Source: Selaginella moellendorffii (lineage: Eukaryota > Plantae > Lycopodiophyta). From it: a stretch of DNA of 64,000 nucleotides. The DNA is taken from NCBI RefSeq assembly GCF_000143415.4, contig NW_003314308.1:620001-684000 (forward strand). Reading direction: 5' to 3'. The notes under the pieces were generated by a model, which searched no databases, was not told the origin of the DNA, and worked only from the letters and a program-made list of their open reading frames with translations. Below, one piece after another: positions 48,616 through 61,650 of this stretch (position 1 is its first letter; each line of letters opens with the position of its first letter). A program made the translations under genes and the position numbers.

Positions 48616-49461
48616 CTACCCACATAAATAACTACTTTGTAATATCCACCAAATAGTATTAGGATAATGTGCTAAAAAAATTACTATATTACAATTATCT
48701 TGAATAGTTAAGTATGAAGAAATTATGCATTTAGGTGAATTAGAACAGTATTTGTTAGCTGCCCATAATACTTTTTTATTGTTATACAAAACAAGATTAC
48801 CATCATTTTGAAGTTTTAATACACAAATATTAATATAATCATTAGAGATTTTTGTTTCCCATATTTTTTTATTTTGTAAGAAAAGAACAACTTGACAATT
48901 TGATGTCACCATCAATATAACTTTACCATTTGGAGAAATCAAATATTCATTTTGATATAGTTTTTGTGGATTATATAATGTATGTTGCACAAGAAAACAT
49001 ATAGAAATGGAAGTTTCACTATAATTATTTTTTAAGTTATTAGAAAATAACCACTCTTGAACTAATTTATATTGTAAAAAGTATCCTGGATTTTCACTTT
49101 CGAAATAATCAGGACAACTAACTTGTAACTCATTAATATTAGCATAAAAGAGTCTTTGGAATCCAGCTATCAAAGTACTACCTCTAAGAGTTTCTTGATT
49201 TGAGCATTCATACTTTGCTTTAAATCTTAAATCTATAATTCCTACTGAAGTATTAATTAATTCACCATCTGCATAATTTGCAGGATATGGATCTCTATCA
49301 TCTAATTTGGATATTAATTTTCTAAAAACTGTAGCTATTTTTGCTATATCTTGGGGATTTAAATATCCAAGTCTTCCAAACTTTGGTCTATAAACTGGTG
49401 CTATAATACATGTAGGAAAAAAACATAGTATAATATAAATAAATTTTATTACTGCTACCAT
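48616..49461 (-). CDS. Secreted protein: unknown N-terminal domain plus bulb-type (GNA) mannose-binding lectin domain
   Basis: Hydrophobic signal peptide; YLISPNG, LKLQNDGNLVLY...LWA and LTIQDNCNIVI; intronless and very AT-rich. Confidence 0.85.
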   Translation of the reverse strand: MVAVIKFIYIILCFFPTCIIAPVYRPKFGRLGYLNPQDIAKIATVFRKLISKLDDRDPYPANYADGELINTSVGIIDLRFKAKYECSNQETLRGSTLIAGFQRLFYANINELQVSCPDYFESENPGYFLQYKLVQEWLFSNNLKNNYSETSISICFLVQHTLYNPQKLYQNEYLISPNGKVILMVTSNCQVVLFLQNKKIWETKISNDYINICVLKLQNDGNLVLYNNKKVLWAANKYCSNSPKCIISSYLTIQDNCNIVIFLAHYPNTIWWILQSSYLCG

Positions 49462-50399
49462 CGTGAAAATTGATTTTATTTGTACTTCCTTTAAAAGAGA
49501 AGGTGATATTTTAATATTTATAGTTTGTTTTACATATATATATTAAATGACAAGTAAGAATTAAAGAAGGTTTATTTTGACTCTAGCTATGTTGACCAGA
49601 GAGAGAGAGAGAGAGAGTTAGTAAGCTAGTGAAGAACAAATTAAGAAAATTATGAAGACGGTATTAGTTCATTTGAAGATCTTTCTTATGAATATTTGCA
49701 AATTTGGTTCTAAGTGTAGGAAGTATGACTATTACAACTGAATTGAAAAGCAGCCAATAAAGATCTGCATAGCATGTTATAGGTTTACCAGTCATGGTTG
49801 AATATAGACTATAGTGGAGCACACATTGTTTAGTCTATGATAGTTGTGGCATTCTCCAATGAAAAACGTGAAGCCCATCAAGCAAATATGCTTGTATTGA
49901 TGCTGTAGAAAAGCTCCATTTCAAGAGCTTCATGGTGGCTCTACAATCCTCTTTTTGTGAGCACTTACCAAGGGCCTCTGGAAGCAAATCATGGGCCTAT
50001 GCACAAAAGCTAGCATTAAACACTGAGGTGATCACCACATCGATCATCACAAGCCAAAAACAAAATGTGGCACACCCTACCACTAAGCAGACACTATAGT
50101 AAACTCGGCTGGAAAACATCGTGTCTGGTGGCAACTCGTCATCGCGGGTGGTTTGAATTTTATTGTGATCGATGGCATGCAGTAGCATCCAGGACAATGC
50201 TAGGCCAAGTAATTTTATATATATATATATATATATATTTAAGGCGGTAGTGTAAGGCCAAAGCAACACGTGGAGGGCCGGGTAGCAGGTGATGTACTAA
50301 TTTTGCCATAATTTTTTTTCAGAATAAATGGCTTAATTTTTTAAAATAAACGATTAAAAATAAACTTAAAAAAAAGCTAACAGCTCATCAATTTTCGTC

Positions 50400-51050
50400 A
50401 TATATATGGCTTCATGGTTCCTAGCAAACAAAGAAACAAGTTTGGGTAAGGCATTCTTCCAAAAATTCTCCTCACTTCGTCCGCTTGCAAAGCCATCAAA
50501 CATAGCTCAACACTCGCGTATGCCCATTCATGGCATAAGCAGCCGCCATGGCCGTCAAAGACAAGCATCTGGAACCCGATCACACAGCGTCTTTTCGTTC
50601 TCGACTCTAGCAAGTCGATCATACCTGTTAGTATGTTCTCAAAAATCCTGTAAGCTTCAAGGATATGCCCGGACTGGCACGTCCAGTCCAAGTAGTATGG
50701 CCAAACCGAGCAAGGCACCTACGGTGGCACTTTCTCGAGCAAAGCCTCAGCCTGCGTGAGAATACCCCACTGCGGGCATAGCTCGTCAAGATTATCCTCG
50801 AGCGAGGACATGGCGTCGAACTCGATGTGCGCTTGTTCCAAACAGCCATTCTGTGCATACACCGTGACCATGTTGTTCCACGAGAAGACGTTTGAAAGCT
50901 GCTGGACGCTATCAAACACCGCAGCGGCTTCCTTCGCAGCTCCAAACATCTCAACCAAGAAGCGTCCCCTCAGATTGCCGCATGGAGCTGCTGAATCTCC
51001 GCCACACTCTTGCAAGAACGGCGTAGGCTGCAAACTTGCTTCTTCAGTCT
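50400..51050 (-). pseudogene. PPR pseudogene fragment
   Basis: NVFSWNNMVTVYAQNGCLEQA and similar motifs in broken frames. Confidence 0.8.
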
Positions 51051-51152
51051 TCTAGCTCCGCGCTGCTTATTCACTTCGATACCACCCTGTGCTGCTAGCT
51101 CCCGGTCCGATCGATGAGAAACTTAGTGCCTGTCAGTCAACCCTCCAAAGAT

Positions 51153-52169
51153 CTACTTCTTCTTCTTGGCGGGCTGCTTGGCACCACCCTTTCCTTTCTT
51201 CCCAGCAGCGGCCTTCTTCCCAGCTCCAGCACCGGCGACCATGCGCACGCCTTTCCTTCCTTTCACTTGCTTTGGTTTGGCTCGCTTCGTCTGCCCCAGA
51301 TATGGGAGTCCCATGAGCATCAGCAGCCGCTTTGCCTCTAGCCTCGACTCGGCTCCAGTCACCAGAGCTATCTTAAGCCCCCTGTTCTGATGAATGTGCT
51401 CAAATCTATTCGCCGAGAGCGAGCTGAAGTCCTTGGTTCCGAGATCATACCGGTCTTTGTGGAAAGCGTAGAAGGCGCTCTTTTGCGGACCCCGGGTCTT
51501 TGGAACAACGAGCTCCAAAAGCCTGTCCATGAAAGGATACATCAACTGCATCAACAAAACCGAGACCTCGTGAGAGAAAGAACTACTAAACGATGCTCGC
51601 ATACCTCTCCTCTCAACGTTACTTTGCAGCCAACCGGATCTCCAACCCTGTAGGCCGATCCCGAGACGGGCTTTGACGCTTTCGTGATCGTGGGGCGCTG
51701 CCCGGTTAGAATGTACATGTCCCTCACGGTGGTCTCCAGCACCACCGCATCAGTCCGATCGAGCCGGAAGTTACAGTAGACAACGATCTTCTCGATGATA
51801 GGAACCTACATTCCCGGGAATTCACGCGAGAAAACCATGGGAAAATCTTGCAATGAAAGAAAGAAAAGAGAAACAAACCTTGCCGATAGAAGAGTATCCA
51901 AACTCATCCACAAGCGCCGGCACCACTCTCTCGCGATAGAGCTGCTTGGACTTGAAAATCCTCTGGCCTGGAGCATCGACGCCGGCGCCCGCGATGAGGC
52001 CGCGATCCTTGGCATCCGCCGCCGCCACCGAGGCCATATGGCTGGCGGCCTCAGCGTCCACCCTGAATGTCACCGATCCCGAGTGCCGGACGAGGAGCAA
52101 TCTCGCCGCCATTGCGGCGCCAGCGGCAGCGGCCTGGCGGCGGCATCCCCACAGCACAGCGGCCGCCAT
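51153..52169 (-). CDS. RPL5: Nuclear-encoded organellar ribosomal protein uL5; exons 52169-51879, 51805-51605, 51545-51153; 294 aa
   Basis: YRERVVPALVDEFGY, VP.IEKIVV, LTGQRP, GCKVTLRGE, MYPFMDRL and LMGLP; GT-AG introns keep the frame; N-terminal presequence. Confidence 0.88.
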
Positions 52170-54504
52170 GGACGATCGATCGATATCGATCAAAACCCTT
52201 CCTCCCACATTCTAGGGTTTAAGCAAGAGCTAGGCAATGTGTTGCGATCGATCGGCAGTGGGAATTCTTGTTCTTGTCTCTTCCGAAATATCGATGCTTG
52301 AGGCACTTTTCATGCGATCGTCCAGATGACGAGGAGCATTCCATCAAGAAGATCATCGGCGGCACTAGGGAGGAGCCATCGCTCGAGCGTAGAAATCTTT
52401 TTCTCCGCTCAAACCCTAAGACTCCATTCTCCTCCTTGTCGTCCGCCGGTTAGATCCTTAACGTTTTCTTGTTTCTTTGGATGATCATCGGTCGATTGCG
52501 CAGGCATTGCAAGATCTCCAAAGCTATAACGACAAGGTACGAGTCTACTGGATGTTCATCATCATACCTTGGAAATTTTCAGGTCCTCGTGCAAGTGGAT
52601 TCGGGAATAGGAGCAAACAGAAGGCTTCGATTCCATCGGGCTCAATCTTCTCTTGACAAGGTAGATCCATAGATCCAAATTTACTCCTTTTCAAGCTAGC
52701 CCGATCTCTGCTACTCTATCCAATGCCGAGATCCCGCAAGACTCTCATCTGGTGACTGAGCTCCACGAGCACACTAAACAGCCAAGAACACTGTGCAAGC
52801 GCTAGTGGATTCTCCATTCAGCGGTTTTGTAATGGGAGCCTGGGAGGGTTATGGCATGGTGACAACGATTCCGTGCGTGGGGTCACACCTTTGAACGCTT
52901 GCGTGCTTTTTTCTCATAGCGTGAATGATGCTGTGGAGAGAATGTTTTGGAATTTTGGCACTGCGTGAAAACGAGGCGTTCCAAGCGACGAGATCCCGGG
53001 CGGGCATAAAACTTAGTGTTCGTTGAGCAGAGTTGATATGCCGCGTGGGAGAAATGGAGACGAGTGCTTGGATGATGCCGCATGAGATCAATGCAAAGTA
53101 TGGAATCCACTCTATAGCATTGCGCTGCTTCACTCTCACCCCATTTCCCCTTGAAAATAGCGACTTCCAAAGAAAAAAAAAGCGATTCATGTCTAGCTTC
53201 CTGATTTCCTATACTCTCTATGCTCTGATTCTAGTGTGTCGACACCGATAGCAAGCGATCGGACACGCAACATTTTTGTTGGATGGTGCGAGGTGACATG
53301 TTGTGCGGCACTTCGCAAGTAGAAAGATGGCGAGGACAAAATACAAGGTAATGGCTTGGAGTTTGCTGCCCCCAATGGTATTCATTTTTCGCCAAGATCG
53401 ATCTCCTGACTGGCTACTACTGCTCTTCCTGGTGAGTATTTACCTGTAAGCTTTTGTTTTCACAAATTTATTTGCATAAACAACAATATCTACTCTAACA
53501 ACGTCGGCAATAAGAAAAGGTTTGGAGGAAAACGGTGATATTTCCAGAATCGCTTGTTGGTTTTGTTGTTTTTCCCAAGTTGTGAGTTTCCGGAATTGAT
53601 GTCAAGAAATGCTAGACCTTTTGCCATTCTTCTGCCAGAGACCTATGATCAAAAGTTGCAAGCTTTAAGAGCTAGCGAAGAAGAGATTTTACTATCTCCC
53701 TGTTCAAGCTCTTGCCAGAGTCCTATGGTGCTCCTCATATCCCCATTCTCCGGCCTAGTGGTAAGTTCTTCTTCCAATGCTAATGCCAAAGATGAGATTT
53801 TTCTTGCTTAGATCTTCATGAGATTGTAAAACTGTGTTGTTGCTACTCATTTATTTGTTTTTGGCTTATTGGAACTAGACACCATTTTTCCTTCTGAGCT
53901 GGATGCTGGCATCCTTGTAATGCTCCTCGCTGATCCCAGTCCTTGCTGATCCTGGAAGTTGATCATGTAAACCCAGCCATGCGGCTTGTTGTATCTCTGT
54001 GCCATGGCACGCATACCATCATCATTTTCCATTGCAGGCATAAATGCTAACTTTTCAAAGTATAGTGGAGCTTGGATCTCGAGCTCATTGAGCAGTGCAA
54101 GCCCATCCTTTTGATACTTTGATTTGGGCGAGGATTTGCATGCTATTAATAGGCTCATATAATGTGGTAAGTTGGAATTTCATATGATGTGGCAAATGAA
54201 TTGTTTTTGGTGTTGACAATTTCTATATTAGGCATAAAAAATGCATGCAGACATAATTTTGGTGTTCTGTTTGAAATGATTTAACAATAGTTCATAAAAG
54301 AAGATTGAACCCAGGACCTTTATATATTCTTTGATGATATTTTAATATTTTTTTTGTTTTTATTTTCATCCATAGCAAACATTGTATGGCTTAATCCATC
54401 TGTAGCCATACAAAGTACCAAACACGAATAAAGACAAAGCACACAATGAATTATACTACTATAAAATTAACCACGCGCTTCTAGCTTTGTTCAGATTCTT
54501 AGAC

Positions 54505-55470
54505 ATGATCGCTAGGCTCTTCCTCATTTTGTTTCTGTTTTCCAACCACAATCCTATTGGAGCGGATCCCGAGTTTCTAGCGAGACAACATCCATGGAGG
54601 TTTGAATCTGGAGATTTTCATGTGATCTCTATGGCAATTCTGAAGCGCATCCGGTTGCTCTCAAGGGAGAGATATTACACCTATGGAAGAAGTTTCACTT
54701 CCACATTCATGGCTACATCAGAGTTCAAGGTGAGTGTCAGGCTGTGGCTGTTTAGTGTGCAGAGGAACGATGGAATGTGCTATGTCACACCAGATCATTT
54801 ACATGTAATAGACTCCCAGGCCCTAGTGAATGCGTTCTTGGGTCTCTACAATTCTGTGGCTTCAAAGGAGATTGAGAGCATGGGTTATGGCCGAATTCTC
54901 TGCGTGTGGAAGAATTTTGCCATTGACTATGTATCTTGGTATGGAAAGCCAGAGTATATGTCTCTTGGATTAACAGAGCAAGAAAATGAAGATGAGCCAG
55001 CGTTTGATCATTCTCGTGATTTTAACCGCACCCTCTTTGACATTACCACCGATCCCGACTGGGAGAACTGTTGGCCTTTTCGATCCAACATGATCGGAGG
55101 AGCTGAAGCTGCTTTGGGCTCATACATTGTCAGGGTTGGCACGCTGGTATCTCCCAATGGTAGATACAAGGTAATCATGCAGCAAGATTGTAACTTTGTT
55201 CTCTATGAAGCATATCTAGAAAACGTGAATGCGGTGGTGTGGGAAAGCGATACTTTTAGGAAGGCTAAGGGTTGCTACATCAACCTCCAAATGGATGGAA
55301 ATCTAGTGCTTGTTGATTCTTCTGGAAAACAAGTTTTATTTGCCTCTAATAGATATTGCCCAAACCAGCCAAATTGTGTGGTTACTGCTGGCCTCTCCGT
55401 CACAGATAATGGCTACATTGTCATCTGGCAGACTGACACTCAAACTGAGTTATGGCGAGAACCCAAGTAG
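54505..55470 (+). CDS. Secreted protein: unknown N-terminal domain plus bulb-type lectin domain
   Basis: Signal peptide MIARLFLILFLFS; LVSPNGRYKVIMQQDCNFVLY, LQMDGNLVL and VTDNGYIVIW; TATAAAA about 45 bp upstream. Confidence 0.88.
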   Translation: MIARLFLILFLFSNHNPIGADPEFLARQHPWRFESGDFHVISMAILKRIRLLSRERYYTYGRSFTSTFMATSEFKVSVRLWLFSVQRNDGMCYVTPDHLHVIDSQALVNAFLGLYNSVASKEIESMGYGRILCVWKNFAIDYVSWYGKPEYMSLGLTEQENEDEPAFDHSRDFNRTLFDITTDPDWENCWPFRSNMIGGAEAALGSYIVRVGTLVSPNGRYKVIMQQDCNFVLYEAYLENVNAVVWESDTFRKAKGCYINLQMDGNLVLVDSSGKQVLFASNRYCPNQPNCVVTAGLSVTDNGYIVIWQTDTQTELWREPK

Positions 55471-55898
55471 TGGTCAATCTAAAATATGTTGCACTCACTC
55501 AGAATATCCAGAAAAATTCTTGGGCATGATCTTGTCAAAACTTCTAAAGATGTGATTCGAGGAAGAGCCATATACCACAATACAACACACTCATGAGGCT
55601 TTGCAATTTTGAGGTCTAAACACAAAGGATTAAGAGAACGTGCTCTAACTTTCCCTACTCTACCATCTTATGATTATAGTGGAACCTTAAAGGATAGGAT
55701 TTAGCTGTTGGCATAGAAGATGAACATAAGGGCATAGGCAGAGAAGCATGGGGTCACACAAGACCCAAATAAGTCGAATGCAATTGCATTACATCTTGGG
55801 TGATGACAGGTTGATACAATTGTGTTGTTTAACCTAGTAAACAGTTGAATTGAAAAATTTTCCATGCCATAAAAACATATATTAAATATATTTGAAGT

Positions 55899-58800
55899 TG
55901 TGAGGGCCAAGTGTACAGCTACGATGCCGTATACTAATATTAGCATAGTGGGATTTTGGTAGCCGTCGGATTGGTTTCAATCCGGACCACTCACTCTTGT
56001 ATATAAACTAGGGTTTTTGGGCTAATTGATATGCACATTTCTGTATTCCCTTTCCATATTCCATGCACTCACATTGGTAGAGGTGAGGGGCACTTTTGAT
56101 TGTCCTTGGGAGTGCTTGGATTTGGGATTTCGGTTTAGATCTAACTTTTGCATTGTCTAGATCTAGCTTTTTCCATTTTCTTTCTTTTGTTCTTTCCTTT
56201 CAGGATTTTGGTTTAGATCTAGCTTTTTGCATTGTGTAGATCTACCATTTCTTTCCAGCTTTTTGTCATTTCTCTTCTTTTGCTCTTTTTTTTTCATTCA
56301 TTTTCATGGGCGATCCACAATCTCCTCCTTTGACTCTAGAGCAGCAGTTGGTTCAATTGCTTGATGCTATGCGCTTGCAATTGAACAACCAAACTCAATT
56401 GATGGCGGCGTTCACGGCACATGGTACAACTCCTCCTGCTCTTGGTGCCAATCCTCGCGTTCGGCCGGAGTTCTTTCGTGGGAATCCTGGGGATGATGTA
56501 TACCATTGGTTTGATCACTTCACGGTGATTGCCACATATCATTCTTGGGATGATGCTCGACGTTTGCGTGAGTTCCCCACATGTCTCCAAGGGACGGCAT
56601 TGCAGTGGTACAATGGATTGAGCGCAGCCACTCGTGGCGATTGGAGTGTTCTTCCGGACGTCTTCAAACGTGCCTTCGGACACGCTGACGATTGTGATGA
56701 TGCCTTCCAATAATTGCATCGTCTTCGCCAAGGGCCATCTGAGTCAGTGATGCAATTTGGCGATTTGCAATTTCCGAAGTCTTTTGCTTCGTGCGGAGCC
56801 AAATATATCGGAGTGGATCAAACTAGGAATGTTGTGGCCAGCACTTCGTCAAGATCTTGTCGGACTTGTGCATGCACTTGCTCCTGCCACTCTTGACGAT
56901 GCTCTTCGCTTGGCACAACGTTATGAGACGTCGCCTCTTCCACTTCTTGCTACACGTCCTTCAGCTCCACTTCCTATGAGTGATGGTCCTGTTCCCATGG
57001 AGGTTGATGCTGCTGCTACTCGAGTCCAAGGACAAGGGCGAAGACGTGGTCGTGGCCGTGATGTTCGTTGCTGGGCATGTGATGAAGTTGGTCATACTTA
57101 TCGGCATTGTTGGCGCTTTCCGGATTGGCGACCTCCATTTCCTGGGTGGAGACCTTGGCGTCAGCAACGTCCCGTTGGTGTTGCTGCGGTGGAAGGTTTG
57201 GATACCGAGGTGCATTTGGGAAACGAAGAGTCATGCGAGTAATGGAGGGACCTTGCGCGAATAAGTTAGTGACCCCTCCATCTTTCTTTCGGGAGTATCA
57301 TCAAGGGGTTCACTCGGCATCGGTTCATCCAGTGTTTACTTTCCAAGCTCGTTTTTATAACATAGGTCTCCTATTCTTTTATCCGTGTTGGTTGATACAG
57401 GTTCGAGTTTATCTTCTATTGCTCGACCTGTTGCCACACGTTGTCATCTACACTTGCGTTGTGCGGCGGATCCAGTTTTCATTCTTTATGGCAACGGCCG
57501 TACACATGCATGTGTATGAGATGAGGCGGACCTAGTTGTGCGTGTAGGCGATCTCGAGCTTGAGTTGCAGTCGTTGCGGGTGGTGCCGAGTCAAGCTTTT
57601 GACCTCATTTTTGGTATGGATTGGTTGCAGCGCAATCATGCCAAGTGTAACTTTGAGGCTTCTCCCCCATGTCTTATACTTCCTTATGTTTCATCCATTC
57701 CTCTCACTTCCGTACCTCTTCATCCCTCTACTTTTACCTTTGCTTCCATTACTTTTGTTCCCCCACTATTTCCTCTTGTGTTTCCATTTTGTTCTGCTCT
57801 TCCCTTTTCCGATCCCTCCGATGATCTTTGTGTTGCAGCTGTTGACCAGCTCATGAAGGAGTATTCTGATCTCTTTGAATTTAACCTATCGTCTGGGGCC
57901 AAGATTGCCACACGTCATCCCATTCCAACCGGGGATGCTCGTCCAATCAAGGTTCCTGTTCGTCGTCGGTCACCCAAGGAGATCAAGATTTTACGTGCAA
58001 ACGTCAAGGAGATGTTGAAGAAGGGTGTTATTCAGAAGTTGCGGAGTCCTTGGGCATGTGAACCTCATCTTGTGACGAAGTCTGATGGGAGTATTCGTTT
58101 TTGCATCGACTATCGTCCGTTAAATGAAGTGACGATCCCGGACGTGTACCCTCTTCCTCACACTGCTGATCTCTTGGATCGTTTGGGGTGAAGTCGTTGG
58201 TTCACCAAGCTAGATCTTGCTTCTGGGTATTGGCAAGTACCGATGGCCGAAGAAGATATTCCTAAGACTGCTTTTCGTACACCATTTGGTTTGTACGAGT
58301 TCTTGGTGATGCCGTTTGGTTTGAACAATGCTCCAGCAACTTTTCAGCAGATGATGGACGAGGTTCTTTGCGATATGCCGGAGGTGACGGCTGACTTCAT
58401 TGATGATGTCTTGATCCACTCGGAGGGGACGTGGGAGGAGCACGTTCGTGATTTTTGTAAAGTGTTGGATCGGCTACGCGACGTTAGTTTAAAGCTGAAG
58501 TGGTCAAAGTGCGTGTTTGGGTCCAAGGACACAACTTATCTTGGGGACCGTATTTCTCGTGAAGGTTTGCAAGTTGATCCTGACAAACTTGTGGCTATTC
58601 TAAAGTTCCCTACTCCGAAGTGTGTGAATGATGTGCAGCGCTTTTTGGGTAAGGTGCAGTATCTCGGTCATTTTGTGGATCATCTTTCCGATCGCACTAC
58701 ACCATTGCGAGCGTTGCTGAAGTCATCAACGTCATCTTTCATCTGGTCTCCGGATTGTGAGCGGGCGTTCGTGAATCTCAAAGAGCTATTGACGACTCCT

Positions 58801-60912
58801 CCGGTTTTGGCATATCCTGACTACACTCGACCTTTTATTTTGCGCGTGGATGCTTCTGACATTGGTCTTAGAGGTGTGTTGATGCAAGAGAGCTCAAGTG
58901 TGCCTGGTCAGCACCATCTTATTGCATACATAAGCTGTACATTACAATCAGTGGAGATGAACTACTCCACGACGGAGAATGAGTGTTTAGCAGCAGTCTC
59001 GGGTTTTGAGAAACTTCATGCATATCTACATGGTTCTCGGACGTTACTTGAAGGTGACTATGCTGCTGTTACTTCATTATTGAAGCGAAAGAACCTGGTT
59101 GGTCATACAGCTCGATGGGCTTTGAAGCTTCAGATATATGATTTCGATGTTGTTCATCGCCCAGGGAGTTCTATGGCTGATGCTGATGCCCTTTCTCGAG
59201 CTCCTCTTCCTTCTTCACTCACTTCTCATGTTTCTGACGAACCTGTTGTTCCAGCATCTGTGGATTTTCTAGATGAGGATTCTGTGCCGTCGGCGGTTGC
59301 TGTCCTTGACGTTCAATGTCCATAGGGCACAGAACAAGATCTACCTTCTTTTGATGAGGTTCGCGAGGCTCAAAAGATTGAGCCGTGGATTCGAAAGCTT
59401 CGAGATGGGTTTGAGAATCCTGCATCACTTGCTGATGACTTGCCTTTCCGGCATTTACATTCTCAATATCCCCTTGAAGATGGCCTTCTTTATTTTGTAG
59501 GGACGGATCTTGATGATCATTTATGGCTGGTGGTGCCTTCGGTGTTTATTCCGCGGTTTCTCCATGCCTACCATGATTCTCCTGTTCTAGGTGGGCATAT
59601 GGGACACCGTCGTGTCACCGAGAAGCTGCGCAGATCTTTCTATTGGCCAGAGATGCGATGTGATATTATCCGGTATGTGCGTAGCTGCGTTTGGTGCCAA
59701 GCTCGTAATACTCCCCCTTGTGCTGCAGAAGGACGGTTGGAGTCAATTGCAGTTTCTCGTCCATTTGAGTTGGTAGCGTTTGATCTTATGGGACCTTTTC
59801 CACGATTGACTGCTGGCAATGAGTATGTTATTATTGCTTCTGACTACTTGACTCGTTGGGTGGAAGTTGGTGCTCTTGCTAGTGCCTCTGCAACTGTTGT
59901 TGGATACTTTCTCCTCAATCGAGTGGTGTTCCAGCATTTTTGTCCAAAGCGGATTCTTTCGGATAATGGTCTTGCATTTATGGCTGAGGTATTTCATGTT
60001 TTGACATCTCGGTTGGTGATACGCTACACTTTTACGAGTGCTTATCATCCACAATCAGATGGTCTGGTGGAACGGCTCGTTCGGACATTCAAAGGGATGA
60101 TTGCGAAGTATGTGAACTTTCAGCATTCGGATTGGGATGGTTATTTGCCATCTCTTCGGTATGCCTATGTCACAGGGGTGCTGAGTTCTATTGGTGCTTC
60201 ACCATATAAATTTTTATATGGTCATGATCCAATATTACCAACAGAGCTGGGTTTACCTTCGCGATTGCCACGAGCTCCTGATGCTAGGTCATGGGATCAA
60301 TATTTGACAAACATTCTTCCACTTGTCCGAGCAGAGTCTGTTGAACACTTAGGCCGCGTACAAGTGGGACAACAACGGCACTACAATTCCCATCATCGTC
60401 CACCTGCGGAGTACAAAGTGGATGATTTGGTGTTAGTCCGTTTTCCCCATCTTACGGTATGTGGTTTATCTAAGGGGCTCCTTGCGCAGTGGAAAAGACC
60501 GTATCGGGTGTTGCAGCAAGTTGGACCACAAGTTTATGAGGTTTGGCATGACGTTCAGCAGGCCGATCCTCTAGAGATTGTGCATGTGCAGCAGTTAAAA
60601 TGCTTCATACAAAGGGATCAGGAGCAGTTAATACCGTCTATAGATCCACCGATGCCTCCTCCTGACGTTCCTCCAGATCCCGGCCCATCTACAAGAGAAC
60701 CCTAATGGCTTTCCATTATTCCGAGAGGAGGGGATGATGTGAGAGGCAAGTGTACGGCTACGATGCCGTATACTAATATTAGCGTAGTGGGATTTTGGTA
60801 GCCGTCGGATTGGTTTCAATCCGAACCACTCGCTCCTGTATATAAGCTAGGGTTTTTGGGCTAATTGATATGCACATTTCTGTATTCCCTTTCCATATTC
60901 CATGCACTCACA
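55899..60912 (+). mobile_element. Full-length decayed Ty3/Gypsy LTR retrotransposon, copy 2 (same family)
   Basis: 175-bp LTRs at 55899-56073 and 60738-60912 (about 8 differences by hand count); 4-bp TSD AAGT; PBS and PPT as in copy 1. gag 56306-57242 and pol 57242-60705 carry stops and frameshifts; slippery GGGAAAC at 57218-57224. Confidence 0.97.
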
Positions 60913-61299
60913 AAGTCAATGAATAATTATTGTTACTATTATTAATAAAATGAATAAAATTTGTATCATAATAAAATATTATATGACCTAAGTATTTTAC
61001 TAACATTCAATAATTTAATATATTTGTGAATCTTAATTAACCTTAAATAATTAATTTTTTAAAGAGGTTAATTTTTTTAATTTAAAATAAGAATAATTTT
61101 CTACAAGTTGCATGTAACAATGCTTGATTTGCTTAATAGTAGTGTTATTCCTACTTATTAATCCAATTGATAAAATAAAAGTTTATAAATTACAAACACA
61201 AAATTCATCTTATTGCATATTAACCATTAGATCAATTAATCAAATAAAGTTTTGTTTGTAATTTATAAACACAAGATTAATCTTAGATAATAGAATAAA

Positions 61300-61650
61300 A
61301 AAGAATATACTAGAAATGGTTTAAGAAGGTTTATAAATTATAAATAAGAAATTAATCTAAATGAATAACAACTGTTAGATGGTAGAATATCCTAGAATAT
61401 CCAAATATATTCTAAATATATTCACTACCATCCTAGTCCCCCTACAGGTTTACTTAAGCAAACAAAAAATATACTAGAAAGTGTTTAAGCAAGTTTATAA
61501 ATTATAAACATGTGTATAAATTATAAATACAAGATTAATCTAAATGATTAATAACTGGCAGATCGTAAAATATCCTAGAATATTCAAATATATTCTAAAT
61601 ATATCCATTACCATCCCAGTCCTCTACAAGTTTGCTTAAGCAAACCAAAA
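61300..61650 (+). repeat. AT-rich direct duplication (~170-185 bp, two copies)
   Basis: AATATACTAGAAA...AATATCCTAGAATAT.CAAATATATTCTAAATATAT...CTTAAGCAAAC occurs twice. Confidence 0.75.

Noticed and set aside
52200-54160. Multi-exon gene divergent from RPL5, and ORF 53847-54158
   Set aside because: Splice-like sites and a telo-box are present, but I could not assemble a coherent or recognisable protein.
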